Below, in pieces: positions 15,063 through 27,807 of a stretch of DNA of 64,000 nt (the stretch's first letter is position 1; each line of letters starts with the position of its first letter). A program made the position numbers and the translations under genes. Origin of the DNA: Hyphochytrium catenoides (lineage: Eukaryota > Protista > Hyphochytriomycota); assembly GCA_900088475.1 (NCBI GenBank), contig FLMG01000460.1, positions 1-64,000 of the forward strand. Direction: 5' to 3'. Below the pieces are notes generated by a model that worked only from the letters and a program-made list of their open reading frames with translations, did no database searches and was not told the origin of the DNA.

Positions 15063-15556
15063 CTCTTACAAATTGAACGCCTAACGGCTTCTGGGGATAT
15101 CCATCTCGAGGAATGCACTACCTTCTGGTCGCGCTTAAGACGTCAAGAAGTAGGTGTAATTCCTAGGTCCTCTCCAGTCTTCATGAAGCTTCAGTTCTGC
15201 TTTTCATTGACAATAAGCGGCAAGAATTTGGGCTTCTTTTTTATGAGCCTTTGCAATGCTTTTGAAGTTCGCGCCAAATTCGCCAGAGACAGCATGAGAT
15301 TCTTCTCAAGTAGGGCGATTATCATATATATCACTAGTATATCCGTAAACTATCAGAAATATTAACGGTTCTCGGTGTCGTAGCGTCAAACTACACGTAC
15401 AACAACACCGACGAAGCTCTGACGCTGATGACAAGCACGAAGTTTCTGCTGTTGGTTGTTTGAGGGCAGATGCTCTCGCGGACGATGGAGCTCATCTTCT
15501 TGAGCTCGGGAGATTCAGAGCGGAGTCTTCATCCAAAAAGTCAGCTGTAAGGGCGG

Positions 15557-18500
15557 CTAGGGATGAAGGGTCTGACGTTCCTCCTTGCACAATTTCTCCA
15601 GCGTGTGATAGACACTGCTCATGGTAGGTCTCAAGTCCGGATCCCGCTCGAGGCACGCTTGAACCGTTTCCAGATGCTTGAGCGAGACGGTCCGGGCTCG
15701 GGGACCAAGGATCTCATGGCCCTCTAACTTCATTCTAATCACCTCCGCGGCGGGTAAACCTAATCAAGCGGACAGTTAGGAAGAACTGGTGGGCAGTATG
15801 ATCGTTGAATGACAATGGACAGAAGGTGACAGAGAAGGGATTGAAAACTTGCTGAGGTGGAGCGAGGGTAATTCATGTCAAGCGGTAAGATCTAGAGAGA
15901 GACACAGGGAAGGAGAGCGGAGTCACAGAGATTAACAAGGAACCAGAAAAGATAGAAGTAGAAAGTGCATGCCTCTTAGGGGTTCTTGGCCAGCCAAGAC
16001 TTCACAGCAAAGTATGCCAAACATATACACGTCCGACTTCGCTGAATTCTCAAAAGGAGGTTGCAAAGATTCTGGCGCCATCCAATGGATGGGCCCGTAA
16101 TTTTCACCAATCAGTATGCCCTGTGCATGCAAGCTTGTTCTAAGAACCACTAGCAACGAACCAGTGCAAAGAACTCTGCCAGAACGGTAAGAAAACGACG
16201 CAATCGTACCTTGTCTATCCGTCGGCTCAGACCAAAGTCACAGAGTTTCACAGTGAGGCTATCGGCTAAGAGGCAGTTCCTAGCAAAGAGTTATCAGGGT
16301 TCTGGTTGTCACAACAATCCACTGCTGATGCGAAGTACCAGCGCCAGTCACTTTATCCCGTTCTTGAGGTCGTCACCTCTGGTCTGTCCTTTTGACTCCA
16401 CTCCGTCCCCATATCAATAGGAGTCTAAATCCACTAGCTTTCACTTGCCCTTTCTGTGGATATCATCACCCTGGTCCATATCCCGCAGTCCGCTGCCTTG
16501 TCCAAAAAGTCATACCTGGCGGCCACGTCTCTGTGGATAACATCACCCTGGTGCATATTCAGTAAACCGCATGCAGCGTCGCGGAGAAGCGAAGTGCGAA
16601 AGTAGCTAGGACAAGAGCTTCCTTGCCAATCATTCACAACCTTGAAGCCACTGTCCACAAGGTCCTTCACACTGCCTAATGGCATGTACTCTGTCACCTG
16701 CGGGGCGGCCACATAAAGCGCAAATGGCTTATAAAAGTGGAAACGCCATTCAAACTAGCAGATCTTCTTTGGTTGGACGTACACGAGACCAATAAGTAGT
16801 GCATACACAGATACATGGAACCCGTGAAAACAAATGGGGCCCAAGAGGTTGACAGGCCAAAAAAAAGAGACTATGGAGGGGAGGAAGTGCATGGACCTAT
16901 GTCCGATGGTGACACATATAAGGGCTTACCAGACAGAGCGGGTACGACGGGTCAGTGCACGCCCCCACCATTTGAATGATATTGGGATGGTAACCCAACA
17001 GAGAGTGGATGGAGGCCTCATGACGGAGGGAAGCAGCCAGATCGGAGCCCTCGTGAGCACCAGGCCGTAGTTCTTTCACGACAACCTACACGAGGCCCAT
17101 GGCCAGGGAAGGAGAAAAGGACGGTAGAGTTAGTAATAAGTCACAGGAGGCTGGTCTAGCTGGCTGATAACGGAGACCCGTCAAGGATATGTGGCTCCTA
17201 GATTGTCCCGCCGTTTTCTTAAAAGGCCTCTTTAGGGCTGAGGCATGAGGGACATCACGAAGTAAAGAATACGACTGTAAGCAGCCAAAACGGCCATCTT
17301 TTTTCTCACTCCTTACCTCTTGCCCGTGGAGCTTGCACAGAATCGCATCGCCAAAGTTACCTTGCCCCAAGAGTTTAATCACTTCAAGCTCTTTGTAGTT
17401 TACTTCTCGGTAGGCTGACGGCACAACCTCCATCTCCGTTTGCAGTTGCTCCCACTCAAAAACCCCGGTGGTCTCTCCTCCAACTAGCAGCTTAAAATGC
17501 AGGCGGGCCACCTTCGTGCCTATGACAAGTTTAGCCACCCCTGCAGTCTCAAAAGCTTCAGGCCTTTTCAAACATAAAAGTCGAAAGGAGACACAATCTA
17601 TGTCCCCTCTCCAGCATAGCGTCTGCCACAAGGGGCTCTCTATCCTGAAATACTCCGGGGGAAGCTCTAGAGAAATAGAGATGACCTGCATTCTTTGAAT
17701 GGCAAGGGACGCCACGTGTCCTCTCTCCCTGTCTCCTCTTTCCTCAACAGCAAACCTGATGACATCTTCTCTCTGGGTGCGGAGATAAGCATAGATATTT
17801 ATGCGAAAGGACTGTCCGACTGACACAAGTGCAGGAGCAAAGGCGCTGAAGTGCACTTTGTCATTTCTTGGCCGACCCCTTCGCTGAAATTTTGGGAGGT
17901 GCTCTGACGATGAAAAGGGCAGCAGCCAAAGGAAGTGTAGAGTGAGCAAAAAATGAGGGATCTGCGGTGGAGCAAGAAGGCACAAGGACACTTGATTGCT
18001 GCTCCGCTAATCCAGCCAAGAGATATTACAGTCAGCAGAAGGGAAGGTAGCCACGTTGGAGGTGAACCAGATCTAACCTCCTCTGGCCTCTGTCTGCATT
18101 GTATTTGGGTCATGGTCGTCATTCGATATGTGCAGGTCTCGTTCCATGTGGCTGGAAAGCAGCTTCGATAGGACAAGCTCCTTAGGTAACTCCTACAGAT
18201 GCATCGTATGCAGTAGGTTCAACGGTCTATGGTTGGCTATCATGGAGGAGACATAGGAGAAGTTCGTCTCACCTCAAGCTTCCGGTTTGGAAAGTCATCG
18301 TATCTCACGATCATAGAAGGCTTCAAAGACAGAAGCTCTGAGGCTTTTGTAGTCTCATGCTTTTGGGGGCGGAGTTCGGGAATTTGATCCTTTACTGGTA
18401 CAACCATAGAGCGCTGCGGAGACCTGTCATCCTCAACAAGGGCTGAGAGGTCTGGCGACATTGCTGGAGAAAGCTCTTCTTCCATTTGAGAGACGTCTCC

Positions 18501-21060
18501 CATCTGCACATACTAAGCATGGCCACGCTGAAGGTAAACCCGAATTCCCGGAGATGTGGTATAGGACGTAATCCCTTACTCTCATGGGTGCTGGGAGTGC
18601 CACAATCTGGCCCTCATGGTCCTCTGCGTGGTCGTCCAGTGTATCGTCCAAGAAGGCTTGTGATGACAACGGGACAGCTTCAGACTCCTGTCTAGCAGAC
18701 AACCCTTGAGAAACTTTTGGTACATCAAAAAGCTGAGGTCGGGGTAGAGCTCCCGCTGGAAGTCGAGAACGGGCACCAGGAGGAGACCGAGACGACCCTT
18801 CAGCTACTTTGGGATCCGCTCCTCTTGGTGCAGAATACCTCCTTACTGTTGGTGCTGGCGCTGGCGCTGGAGGTAGCGAAGGTCTAAGTGATGGAGGAGG
18901 GGCTGGAGGTGCGGAGATTGGGAGGGACGGAGGCAAAGGCATTTCACCAGGAAGTACATTGGCAGCTAAGTCGCTCCGATCTGGCTGTGAGACAAATAAT
19001 GTTAGGTTGAAACTGTGCTAGGCTTGTGCACATGCATCGCTTTTGATACCGCCCACATCCCTTTTAGTGGAACCACTCACCTCAGGGGTCGACGTCTCGG
19101 TAGGTGCCAAGGGTAGGGGAACAGCACCATAGGGATAGGGTGTGCTTGCCGGAAGTGAGCCATCGGTGCGCATCGGTGAAGTTATCCCATATCCTCCCGG
19201 CGCTGGGTGGGAGCTGAGCTGTTGGGTTCTTGTCCGCGAGGCACTTTCACCTAGGAGTGCTGGAGCGGCTGTAGATGAAGCCAATGAGCCAAGAAAGTAA
19301 AGGGGACTTTAGGGGAGACTAGGTTTAGGTCGTCGCGCTTCAAACTTTGCCCAAAGTAAGTGCTGAAGACCCCCAAACAAGATGAAGCGGGTCGTGGAGG
19401 CGTTGTATAAGTGAAAGGGCCAGCGGGAAAAGTGCTCTCGACCGCCAGCAAATCCGAATGGAGAAGAGGAGGTAAAGGCAGCTATAATCCAGAGAATTTT
19501 AAAATTATCAGAGGTCCTACCTAGTGGTGTCACGGTCTGAGGTGGTGTGGCAGTCGCTGAACTCAGCTGCTCTCTGGGCTTGCGACGGCGTTTGAGAAAA
19601 CTGGTGATTGATGCTACAACCCCTCTGCCGGCTCTTGCTTTTTGCTCTATAATTCTCCCTGAATTAGGTAACACGGGGAGTTGTCGTAGGGATGCCAGAG
19701 GAGAAATGTTTTGAGGTGAGACAGGACTCAAGTTTTGAGAAGGAAAGAGTCGCGCGGCAAAATTTGAGCTACCAGAAGGAGGTTCCAGGTCAATCAAGAT
19801 GCCGGAGCTGTCATGTGATGCGGAGCTCTGGGTCTTGAAGAGCTCTTCTTCTGTCTGTAGCATAATACTTGCTTGAGAAAATGTGACAGCCTTAGTACCT
19901 CCCTTTTGTCGCTTGCCCCGCAGCACTGCCTCCCCTGATGCCTTCTTCTTTGCTTGTTTGGCAACCTTCTTCTCCTTCTCTTTCTCCTGCACTTAAAGGG
20001 ACGTGAATCACGGGAAGGAGCAGTCAGGATTCAGCATGGTCACCTCCTACCAGTTGGGCTGATTGTAAATGAATCCTCCTGTAGTATGGCTGACTCAGCG
20101 TCAAGGAAGGTGAGACGTGGCACGAAAGGTGAGACATTCAGCCTGCGCGTTGAAAGCAAAACTTCTTGCAAAGGCGCGGCCTAATAGCAAAAGAAAGACG
20201 AAGGATGTCCATCGTCACTAACCTCCTTCTACCTCATCCTCCTTCTGCAGAAAAGGATGATTCAGTAGCTCTTCGATGCCTCGACTTCCCAATCTGCAAG
20301 TGGGATCAGGATCCAGCAGTCTGCGCAAAAAGTCTTCCAACCCTATCACTGCATTCCAAGGTCTTGGCAGCTCCCAAGCCGAGCCCGAAGGACTAACCTT
20401 GCCACTTATTATTTCGAAGAGAACGACAGCAAGACTCCACCAGTCAGCAGCAGGCCATAGAATAGGGACCTCATTCTTGTTTATGGCCTGAAACACCTCA
20501 GGCGCAAGGTACGGCCGCACGCTGTCGTCAAACTTGAGGACGCGGATGAGTCCTTCAGCGGTGTACCCATGGTCAGAGAGCACTATGTCACCACTGTCGG
20601 AAATGAAGGCAGCGGAAGGTCTTAAACATCCATATGCAATGTCACTAGCATGAAACTGATGTAAGGTATGAATAAGTTGCCTGGTCCAGACGCGAAGGAT
20701 CCCAGGCGTCAAGGCCTTCCCATTAGAGGCCGAAAGATCTAGAGATCTCGGGTAGTGCTTGCGACCAATGTAAATCTGACCGGCATGATGCTGAATGAAC
20801 TCCACCTTCCGCACACCTCGTAACCAAGGAACTTCGCATAAGGGCAAAACATCTTGGCCATCGCATCCCTCGATAGTGCCAAGCAAGTCTTTGGCAGTGT
20901 CACTGAGCGTTATATTCTGTTCCCCAAGAAATTCGGCAGCAGTCAGGCTGGAATCTGACCGGCTAATTATATATGCCTGGTTAGTCGCGTTGTGAGTGCC
21001 GACAAGCACATCGCCGTACGGTCCTTGTTCCTTCACGACAAGCTGCAGATTCTGAAGCAT
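15557..21060 (-). CDS. Dual-domain kinase: N-terminal AGC-like pseudokinase, Pro/Ser-rich linker, uncharacterised beta-rich domain, C-terminal kinase with tyrosine-kinase signatures
   Basis: C-terminal domain: LGQGNFG, VVVK, HPNII, HRDVAARN, DFG, GPIHWMAPES, SDVYMFG, RPTM. N-terminal domain: YGCLRP, DHG, YLAPE, DWWSL, RLGSRGIEELLNHPF, PFVP. All intervening exons splice in compatible phases. The true start may lie upstream (to ~21440). Confidence 0.8.
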
Positions 21061-21845
21061 TGTCTCTTTTCGCCATCAATGGAAAGACGTTCGTCTTCCG
21101 TAGATGTCACCAAGATATCTGTTAAACCCCTATGCCTTCGTCTGCACCAGAGCTCTCAAACGACATTTCACGGGCCCCAAGTGAGACTTTTTGAGACTTT
21201 GTGCGACAACTTGTCGACCCAAGTGCCGTGATATCGATTATAAGCAGGTACGGGTCAGAGTCATCTCTTGATAGACCTACATTCCGACAATGTCCCTACA
21301 AAGGACAACTGGCAGTGGAGTATGGACATCGAGTCGGAACTCAACCAAAGCTCGGCAATCTCTGGGATCATCATGAACGCTAACGGGTATATCCTTTTGC
21401 AGATTGCTGGCGCTTCTGATGTTGCTGAAGCTTCAACATTGGGAATCTGAATATCAATAAGAAGAATCTATGCTCCGGGAGATGAGTAGATTACTTATAA
21501 GCGATAACTAACAGTTTGCCCCTTTTCTTCTTATCGATTCTTGGAAGATTTGTTGCTGGAGTATCGAAAGTTCTGGACCGTGTGTTCCCTAACATCGCGC
21601 CGCCTTCATCATTCATCGTGTCCTCAATCTAGAGCTATCTAGTCTCTCGACCGATGAAGGCGCCGAAATGTACACCTCAGATAGCTCCTGTGGTTGGTTC
21701 AGCACTTTCTGTTTCATCAGTACAAGCTTCAGACGGGCGCTCGTTGCCACTTGATTGTTCCAAGTACCAGTGTTAAGGACACCACGAGGCTGAGTGTGCG
21801 CTTGTAAGAGCTTTACGTCTACTAGGAACTTGCGGCCGTGGAAGG

Positions 21846-22880
21846 ATGGTCTTGGGACCGGTACCTGTAGATCCTCAACATGTACAAGAAGACATTGCCG
21901 AGTTGCGGTCCATCATTGAGCAGACTAAGTCAAGGACGTTACGAGGTGTCTTCGCTGCGCATTTAGAGGAGCTTTTGAAGCAGGAGCAGCAGCAAAGGAC
22001 CAAAGAGCAGAGCAGCAGCAGCGAACAGCAATCACCCAGCCAGGTTCCCTTTGTGGAAGCAAATAAAGCAGCGGAGAACAGAGGATCACTATCTTCTCAG
22101 ACCACGAAGTACAAGGAGCCTTCTTTCGGCTGGGAAGATGAAGGTGGGCGATGCGCTATTACCCCATTGGCGTTATAAAGCGATTCCACTTAGCTGGCTT
22201 GCATGGTCCAACCTGCCTAGGCTGGGGCAAGGAGAAGGTTCAAATCTACCTCCTCTCGGGTCTTGATGGTGTTGGAGACCTCCCCAAAGAGAACATTACC
22301 TGTGACTTCACGACTACAAGTTTCGACCTTAAGGTGCCGCGCGATGACTTACTATACCGCTTTGAAAACGTATTATGCTTATGCGTTATGTCCGCTTCCC
22401 ATAGGTTCACGGGCTGAATGGCCAAAACCTCAGGTAAGTCACAAGTTAACGTAGTGGTGAGTGGCGAAGGTCCATTGCAAGCTGAGAAACAACTGCGCAG
22501 GCTTCGGCGAGAGAACCTCTACAAGGAGATTGACCCGGCCAGATCCACATATAGACTGAAGAAGAATAGAATCACCATCGTGCTGCATAAGAAGTCGAAG
22601 GATGAGACGTGGACCACTCTAGTAGCCAAAACGACAACAAAGAGGGCTTCTAAGGATGCAGATCTTGGCAGAGACCCTACTGCAGGCATTATGGACATGA
22701 TGAAGGTACCGTTAGCTACAGCTTGACCAGGATATCTACCGTTCTTTCTGTGGGCTGAATGTCTATTTCTTGCAGAATCTATATGAGGAAGGTGATGCTG
22801 AAATGAAGCGAACTATCGCGAAGGCTTGGGAGGAGAGTAGAACAAAGCGTGGAGGGATGGATGATCTAGGTGGCTTGTAG
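21846..22880 (+). CDS. CACYBP: Calcyclin-binding protein / Siah-interacting protein (SIP-N, CS, SGS), 5 exons
   Basis: EDIAELRSIIEQ N-terminal helix; CS domain [68 protein letters not shown]. Four GT-AG introns, stop TAG at 22878-22880. Confidence 0.92.
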
Positions 22881-23619
22881 TATGAAGGGCATTGTGAACG
22901 CTGCAAGGGAAAGTTGAAGGAAATTCCATCAACCTTTCTAGCTCTGTGACCCTAGTGAAGTGCCCGCTAATCAGACTCTGGACGAAATTTTCATCTCAGC
23001 TTATCTACCACCGCCTGAATATTGTTGGTTTAAAATGTGGCTGCACGCGCGGGATCTCAGTACTAGAGTCTGTCTCTTGCTAACCCTCAACAAACGAAGT
23101 CGCGATTGACTTGCTGCTTATCATAGCCATTCATTGCTCCCTTTCCCATTGCAATGCTGATGCGACTGACGTAGACCCGAAGAGGCCTAGTTGCCGCCAA
23201 CTCTCCATGATCGTAACTTCCATACGTCATTGGCTAGCATGCTTTGGAAAACTGTCAGGACCGCTAGTATCTCTAATCATGATGAGAAAGCGTCTCCACT
23301 TCGTTCGCATGAGTGTGAGCTACACAGCAGCAGCAAGAATAACACGCGACAATACCAGCTTCGGAGCCACTCGGTAGCAGGATGTTCGAGAGTAAGAGGG
23401 AAAGTCATCAGAAAGAGTGTAACGCACGTCAAACTAATTCTTTGCCATCATCATGCCGCTGCGTCATCAAAAAGCAAACAACAAGAGAAGGAAAATAACG
23501 GACGTATAAACTAGCCGTTAGAGGCCCCACGACTGCTGCGTCTGTGTATTTGTCTGAGGATGAGAGGAGAGAGGAAGGGACACTCTATGAAGAGGGAATG
23601 GCAGACGTCAGCCATTTCT

Positions 23620-23870
23620 TCGTCCTCTTCCTTCCTCTCTCTCTCTTCGCTCTCTTCTCTCTCTTCTCTCTCTTCTCTCTTTCTCTCTCTCTCTTTCTCT
23701 CTCTCTCTCTGTCTCTCTCTCTGCCTCTGTCTCTCTCTCTCTCTTTATCTCGTTCACTCTCTCGCTATTTGCCCCTGTCTCTCTCGCATCCAAAGTGCCA
23801 CAACTCTATGCCACTCTCTCTTACTTCAACCTCCCTCCTCTCTCTCCTCCTGTTACTTTCTCTCCCGTCA
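23620..23870. repeat. Imperfect (CT)n microsatellite / polypyrimidine tract
   Basis: Directly visible CT runs in intergenic DNA; they generate the spurious LSLS and RERE ORFs. Confidence 0.9.
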
Positions 23871-24323
23871 TCAGGCGATGAACCAACCTTCTTTTCCTCT
23901 CCTCAGTCAGAAGGAATAGGTTCCACGGGGTGTCTCTTTTCTCTCTTCGAGCTTTCTCCTTCCAATTTCCTCCTTATTTGAACCCCTGTGTTAGACCTCA
24001 AGATTCTTTTTCTTGGGAGGGGTCCGCCCTCTCAGGCGCCTTGAAGGAACCGAGAGCCGTTCAGCGTTCAGCGGCGGAAGAGAGCCTAAAGCTCCAATCC
24101 CTAGCAATGGTCACACGCTGCGAAAGAGCGGCAAAGGCTCTGATGATCTGTCTCACCTGAAGCACAAGTACTTCTAAAGATTCCCTCGCCCGCCAGCCTA
24201 CTTAAGGGTTAATACAGAGCCGTGAGAGCTATAGAAAGACCTCAAGATATTCGGACATGATATCAGCGTCTCAATAGTAGAGTCCTTAGCATCTGCAGTA
24301 GTAAAAATCACCTAACTCAAACT

Positions 24324-25370
24324 ATGATTCGAAGCTTCACAAGATACGGCAGGGTGCTTGCCCCAAGTAGCGCGCTTTGTCACGGCGTCAAGAAGAAACC
24401 ATATTTCCCACCTCCATCAATCTTTAGAGGGCAAGGAGGAGTGCCTTTGGCATCCCATGAGATGTTCCCGACGCCATCCGCTGACTTCAGGGAGAGTCCC
24501 CCAGACCAGAGGCAACACCTCATAAGCAGAAATACATCGTCGGCTGATCGCTTCTGCGCCTCTTTGGTTGAGCTAGCGGACATGATCAGCAGGTTGGTTT
24601 TCTTTTGTGAACGCGCTGCACGGCAGCCAAGTCGGTTCGCAGACTGAGAACTTTTGTTAGGGACCCCGCCGTCGCTGAGCGAATGAAGAACCAAGTTAGG
24701 GCGCAGCTGCAACAGGAGATTGTCTGTGCAGTCTCCACGCTACAAAGAAGCCAACAGGCCGAAGCAGCAACATATCGAGTGCCTCAAAGCACCTTGCAGC
24801 TGATTGCATTTCGAAGCTCTATACCATTTGTCTGCTTTGGTTTTGTAGACAATGCGGTGCTCATTCTCGCCGGAGATGCAATAGATCTCACTTTGGGAAT
24901 GAAGTTTGGAATCTCCACAATGGCAGCTGCCGCGCTAGGAAACATTGTCTCCAATGTTGTCGGCCTAGGTAAGGTAGAGAGCCAAGAACCAAGAGAATAG
25001 GAACATAGAGAGAAAAGAAGAGAGAAAGGACAAAGGCAGCTTTGGAAAGAGCTGGAAAAGATCGAGAGAAAGGCCCAATGATAGAGAACCTTCTGCTCAT
25101 AGAGTGTTAATGTTTAGGGCTAGGAGGAGTGATAGAGGACGTCACAGAGAAGTTAAACATCCCCAAGCCCAAGCTCTCCTACTATCAGGTAACTTTGAGA
25201 GCACTGTTGTCTCTATACGGAACACAGATACATCCCCTCTCAGAGACTGACTGCCACATACTTGTTAGAGCCACTTACGGTCGGTGCGTGTAGCACATTA
25301 CACTGGGCTCTCTCTGGGAACCATAGCGGGTTGTGTTATTGGAATGGCTCCGCTACTCTTCATTGGTTAG
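24324..25370 (+). CDS. TMEM65: TMEM65-family mitochondrial membrane protein, 4 exons
   Basis: IPFVCFGFVDNAVLILAGDAIDLTLGMKFGISTMAAAALGNIVSNVVGLG...GCVIGMAPLLF, with an Arg/Ser-rich presequence-like N-terminus. An extra 3' intron could move the stop to ~25429. Confidence 0.92.
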
Positions 25371-25563
25371 AGACCGAGGACCACTTTGCCCATCATTTTG
25401 CAGCTCTGGATCGCGTCGTGCTGTGCTAAGAGAACCTATTATCGGCCTCCGACCCGAAGATCTCAGAAGAATACCTGTACACAAGTTCTTTACGTGGTGG
25501 GCTGTATATGTCAATCTTCATGGTGGGTGTGTGATCCTATTTCGCAGCACATGGCTAACGAAG

Positions 25564-27807
25564 CTAGAAGTAGCGCTCCATCAGTGCTTGTGCAAGCTCG
25601 TCTCTCTCCTTGTGAGTCAAAGCTTCGAGGACGGGGCCAGCTAAGCGTCTTCTTAGCGGACCACCGCGTACTCTGGCAACGTGATCCAAAACCTTGATGG
25701 CCTCGTCCTCTTGCCCATTTTTACAGAGTACTCGGGTAAGGGAACGAAAGGTGCCTTCAAAAAGTTTCATTCCCTTTTGTTCCAGCAACTCTAGCGTCTC
25801 ATGGACCCGGTGTGGCATTCCTGCGGCTGCATAGCATCGAAGGAGCCAGGAATAGTACTGGGAGCCTAGCGTAACTCCCTCTGCATTGGCTCTCTCCCTA
25901 AGCCCCTCCGCCTCCACGACGTTCCTGTCATGATAATAGACTCTCGCTAGATAAATAAACGCCTTTTCGGTAATCACCAGCTTCGCTTTCTTCAGTGACT
26001 CAAAGACTTCTTCAGCACCGTCAACGTCATTAGCGTAAGCACAACCGGCTAACCGAGCATAAAGCCTCTGCTCCAGAGGAAAGCTGAGCACCTCCATCCG
26101 GGCCAATAGGTCCTCTGCCAGGTCTTTATGTCCTGCCGCTGTAAGATGTGTGACCAAAGAATGATAGGCGGGACCCAGCCTTGACAAACCCAAGATTTTC
26201 TCTTGTTCTGCCTCCTTGAGGAGACCAATCGCCTCATCAAACCTCCACCTTCGCGCAAGGGTACTGACTAGAGTCAGTTTCCCCTCAATGTAAACGGAGG
26301 GCAGTAATCTGCCAGCAGATGCGAGATTGTTGAAAAGATTTACAGCACTGTCTGTCATCTGAAGGTCACCCAGAGCATCAATAGTCGACCGGATCAGAGG
26401 CTGAGTGATACCGAAGCCGGCCTCCTCCATTGCCTTGAATAGGTCATAAACTTTTTGCATGTTTCCATGATAGATATGCGCTTCAATACACACTTCAAAC
26501 GTCCGGCGGGAAAGGGAAAGGCCTCTATCCCTCATGAGACCTACCACCCCGTCCATTCCATCCCAATCGCCGACCTGTGCATAACCGTTCAAGAGCATAT
26601 CGTACGCTTTGCTCGGGATGGCTTCTCTTGGCTCGATCTCGCTAATTAGAGTCAGAGCGGTTGCTGGATCTCCAATAAAGGAGTAAGCGTATGCCAGAAC
26701 GACTCTTTTATTCGCCTCTCGTGCCTCCACTTCCATTTCGAACTTGCGATGAAGTTTCAAGAGCTTATGCACCTCCCCACTTTCCCTCGCTTCTGTCCGC
26801 TTTCGAAGTGCATTGTAGAAAGCTCCAAGCTTCACAAAGTCCCTATTACGGGCTGCTGGTTTGCTAGAGTCGCAGAGATACCAGCGGCTAACATATGGCG
26901 TAGCATGGTCTCTTATAGCTCGTAGTAGCTCTGTGACCAGATCATCACCAAATGAGAGAGAAGGATATCGTGCAACTGTCCACAGGAGGACCCTCGCACG
27001 CCAGATGTGTTTCCCAAAAACACTGTCGAGCGGAACATCATAGCCAAAGTACTGCACAGATTTCCGACTCCTAAGAAACTTGATCAAAACCATCCCTTCT
27101 GCTTTTAAGGCGGCCGCAACGTTCTCCTTTATATAGCAGTCAAAGGGTTCCAGTGATCTTTGCAAAGGTCGTCTGTCTAAATGCGCCAAGACCTCCATTC
27201 TGAGAACCAACTTGGAAGTAAGGAAAGTAGATTTAGCTGTTGACAGTACCATGTGGCGCAGTTTCTCCGTTGTGACGTTATCATTCTCATTAAGAAGCTT
27301 CCTCATAAGCGCAACGATGAAGGTCAACACCGCGTCATCTACTTCAGGATGCTCAGCACTAATGTGAAGCAGGTGCTCGGAGGCTAAGAGGGCGGAGGGC
27401 CCAGAGAAGAACTTCGCCATACCCGAAATAGCCGCTTTGTGATTGGACACGTGCCTCGAAATGAAGAGAGCTGTAAGCAGGGCATCCGCCTGACGTCTGT
27501 CACCCTTATGATACAGCTCTACTATCTTAGATACGGCCTCTGTTGTATGTAGACGTCCGTTGGGCGACAGAGGTGCTGGCGTCCGCAGCCGGTGACTTGA
27601 TTGTCCTTTTGACGAGCCAGACACAAGTTGCAAGTGGTCATTAGAAGTAGCATGCAGTGGTTTCTCAACCGTCCTAAGGGTTTCAACAGAGAATGCACGC
27701 AAGAAGATCGTCCCGATATCAACAGCCCTAGGCCTACGGTGCCCGATAAGCTTTTGTGCACAGCTTCTGCCAACTTGCGTCAAGATTGGCTGAGCCAGTT
27801 TAGGCAT
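25564..27807 (-). CDS. Pentatricopeptide-repeat-like helical repeat protein, probably mitochondrial
   Basis: Uninterrupted ORF of about 747 aa from the first ATG. ~35-aa repeats such as AYDMLLNGYAQVGDWDGMDGVVGLMRDRGL, TFEVCIEAHIYHGNMQKVYDLFKAMEEAGF and YYSWLLRCYAAAG. Confidence 0.85.
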   Translation of the reverse strand: MPKLAQPILTQVGRSCAQKLIGHRRPRAVDIGTIFLRAFSVETLRTVEKPLHATSNDHLQLVSGSSKGQSSHRLRTPAPLSPNGRLHTTEAVSKIVELYHKGDRRQADALLTALFISRHVSNHKAAISGMAKFFSGPSALLASEHLLHISAEHPEVDDAVLTFIVALMRKLLNENDNVTTEKLRHMVLSTAKSTFLTSKLVLRMEVLAHLDRRPLQRSLEPFDCYIKENVAAALKAEGMVLIKFLRSRKSVQYFGYDVPLDSVFGKHIWRARVLLWTVARYPSLSFGDDLVTELLRAIRDHATPYVSRWYLCDSSKPAARNRDFVKLGAFYNALRKRTEARESGEVHKLLKLHRKFEMEVEAREANKRVVLAYAYSFIGDPATALTLISEIEPREAIPSKAYDMLLNGYAQVGDWDGMDGVVGLMRDRGLSLSRRTFEVCIEAHIYHGNMQKVYDLFKAMEEAGFGITQPLIRSTIDALGDLQMTDSAVNLFNNLASAGRLLPSVYIEGKLTLVSTLARRWRFDEAIGLLKEAEQEKILGLSRLGPAYHSLVTHLTAAGHKDLAEDLLARMEVLSFPLEQRLYARLAGCAYANDVDGAEEVFESLKKAKLVITEKAFIYLARVYYHDRNVVEAEGLRERANAEGVTLGSQYYSWLLRCYAAAGMPHRVHETLELLEQKGMKLFEGTFRSLTRVLCKNGQEDEAIKVLDHVARVRGGPLRRRLAGPVLEALTHKERDELAQALMERYF

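Noticed and set aside
23544-23981. Leu/Ser-rich and RERE ORFs
   Set aside because: Translation of the (CT)n microsatellite.
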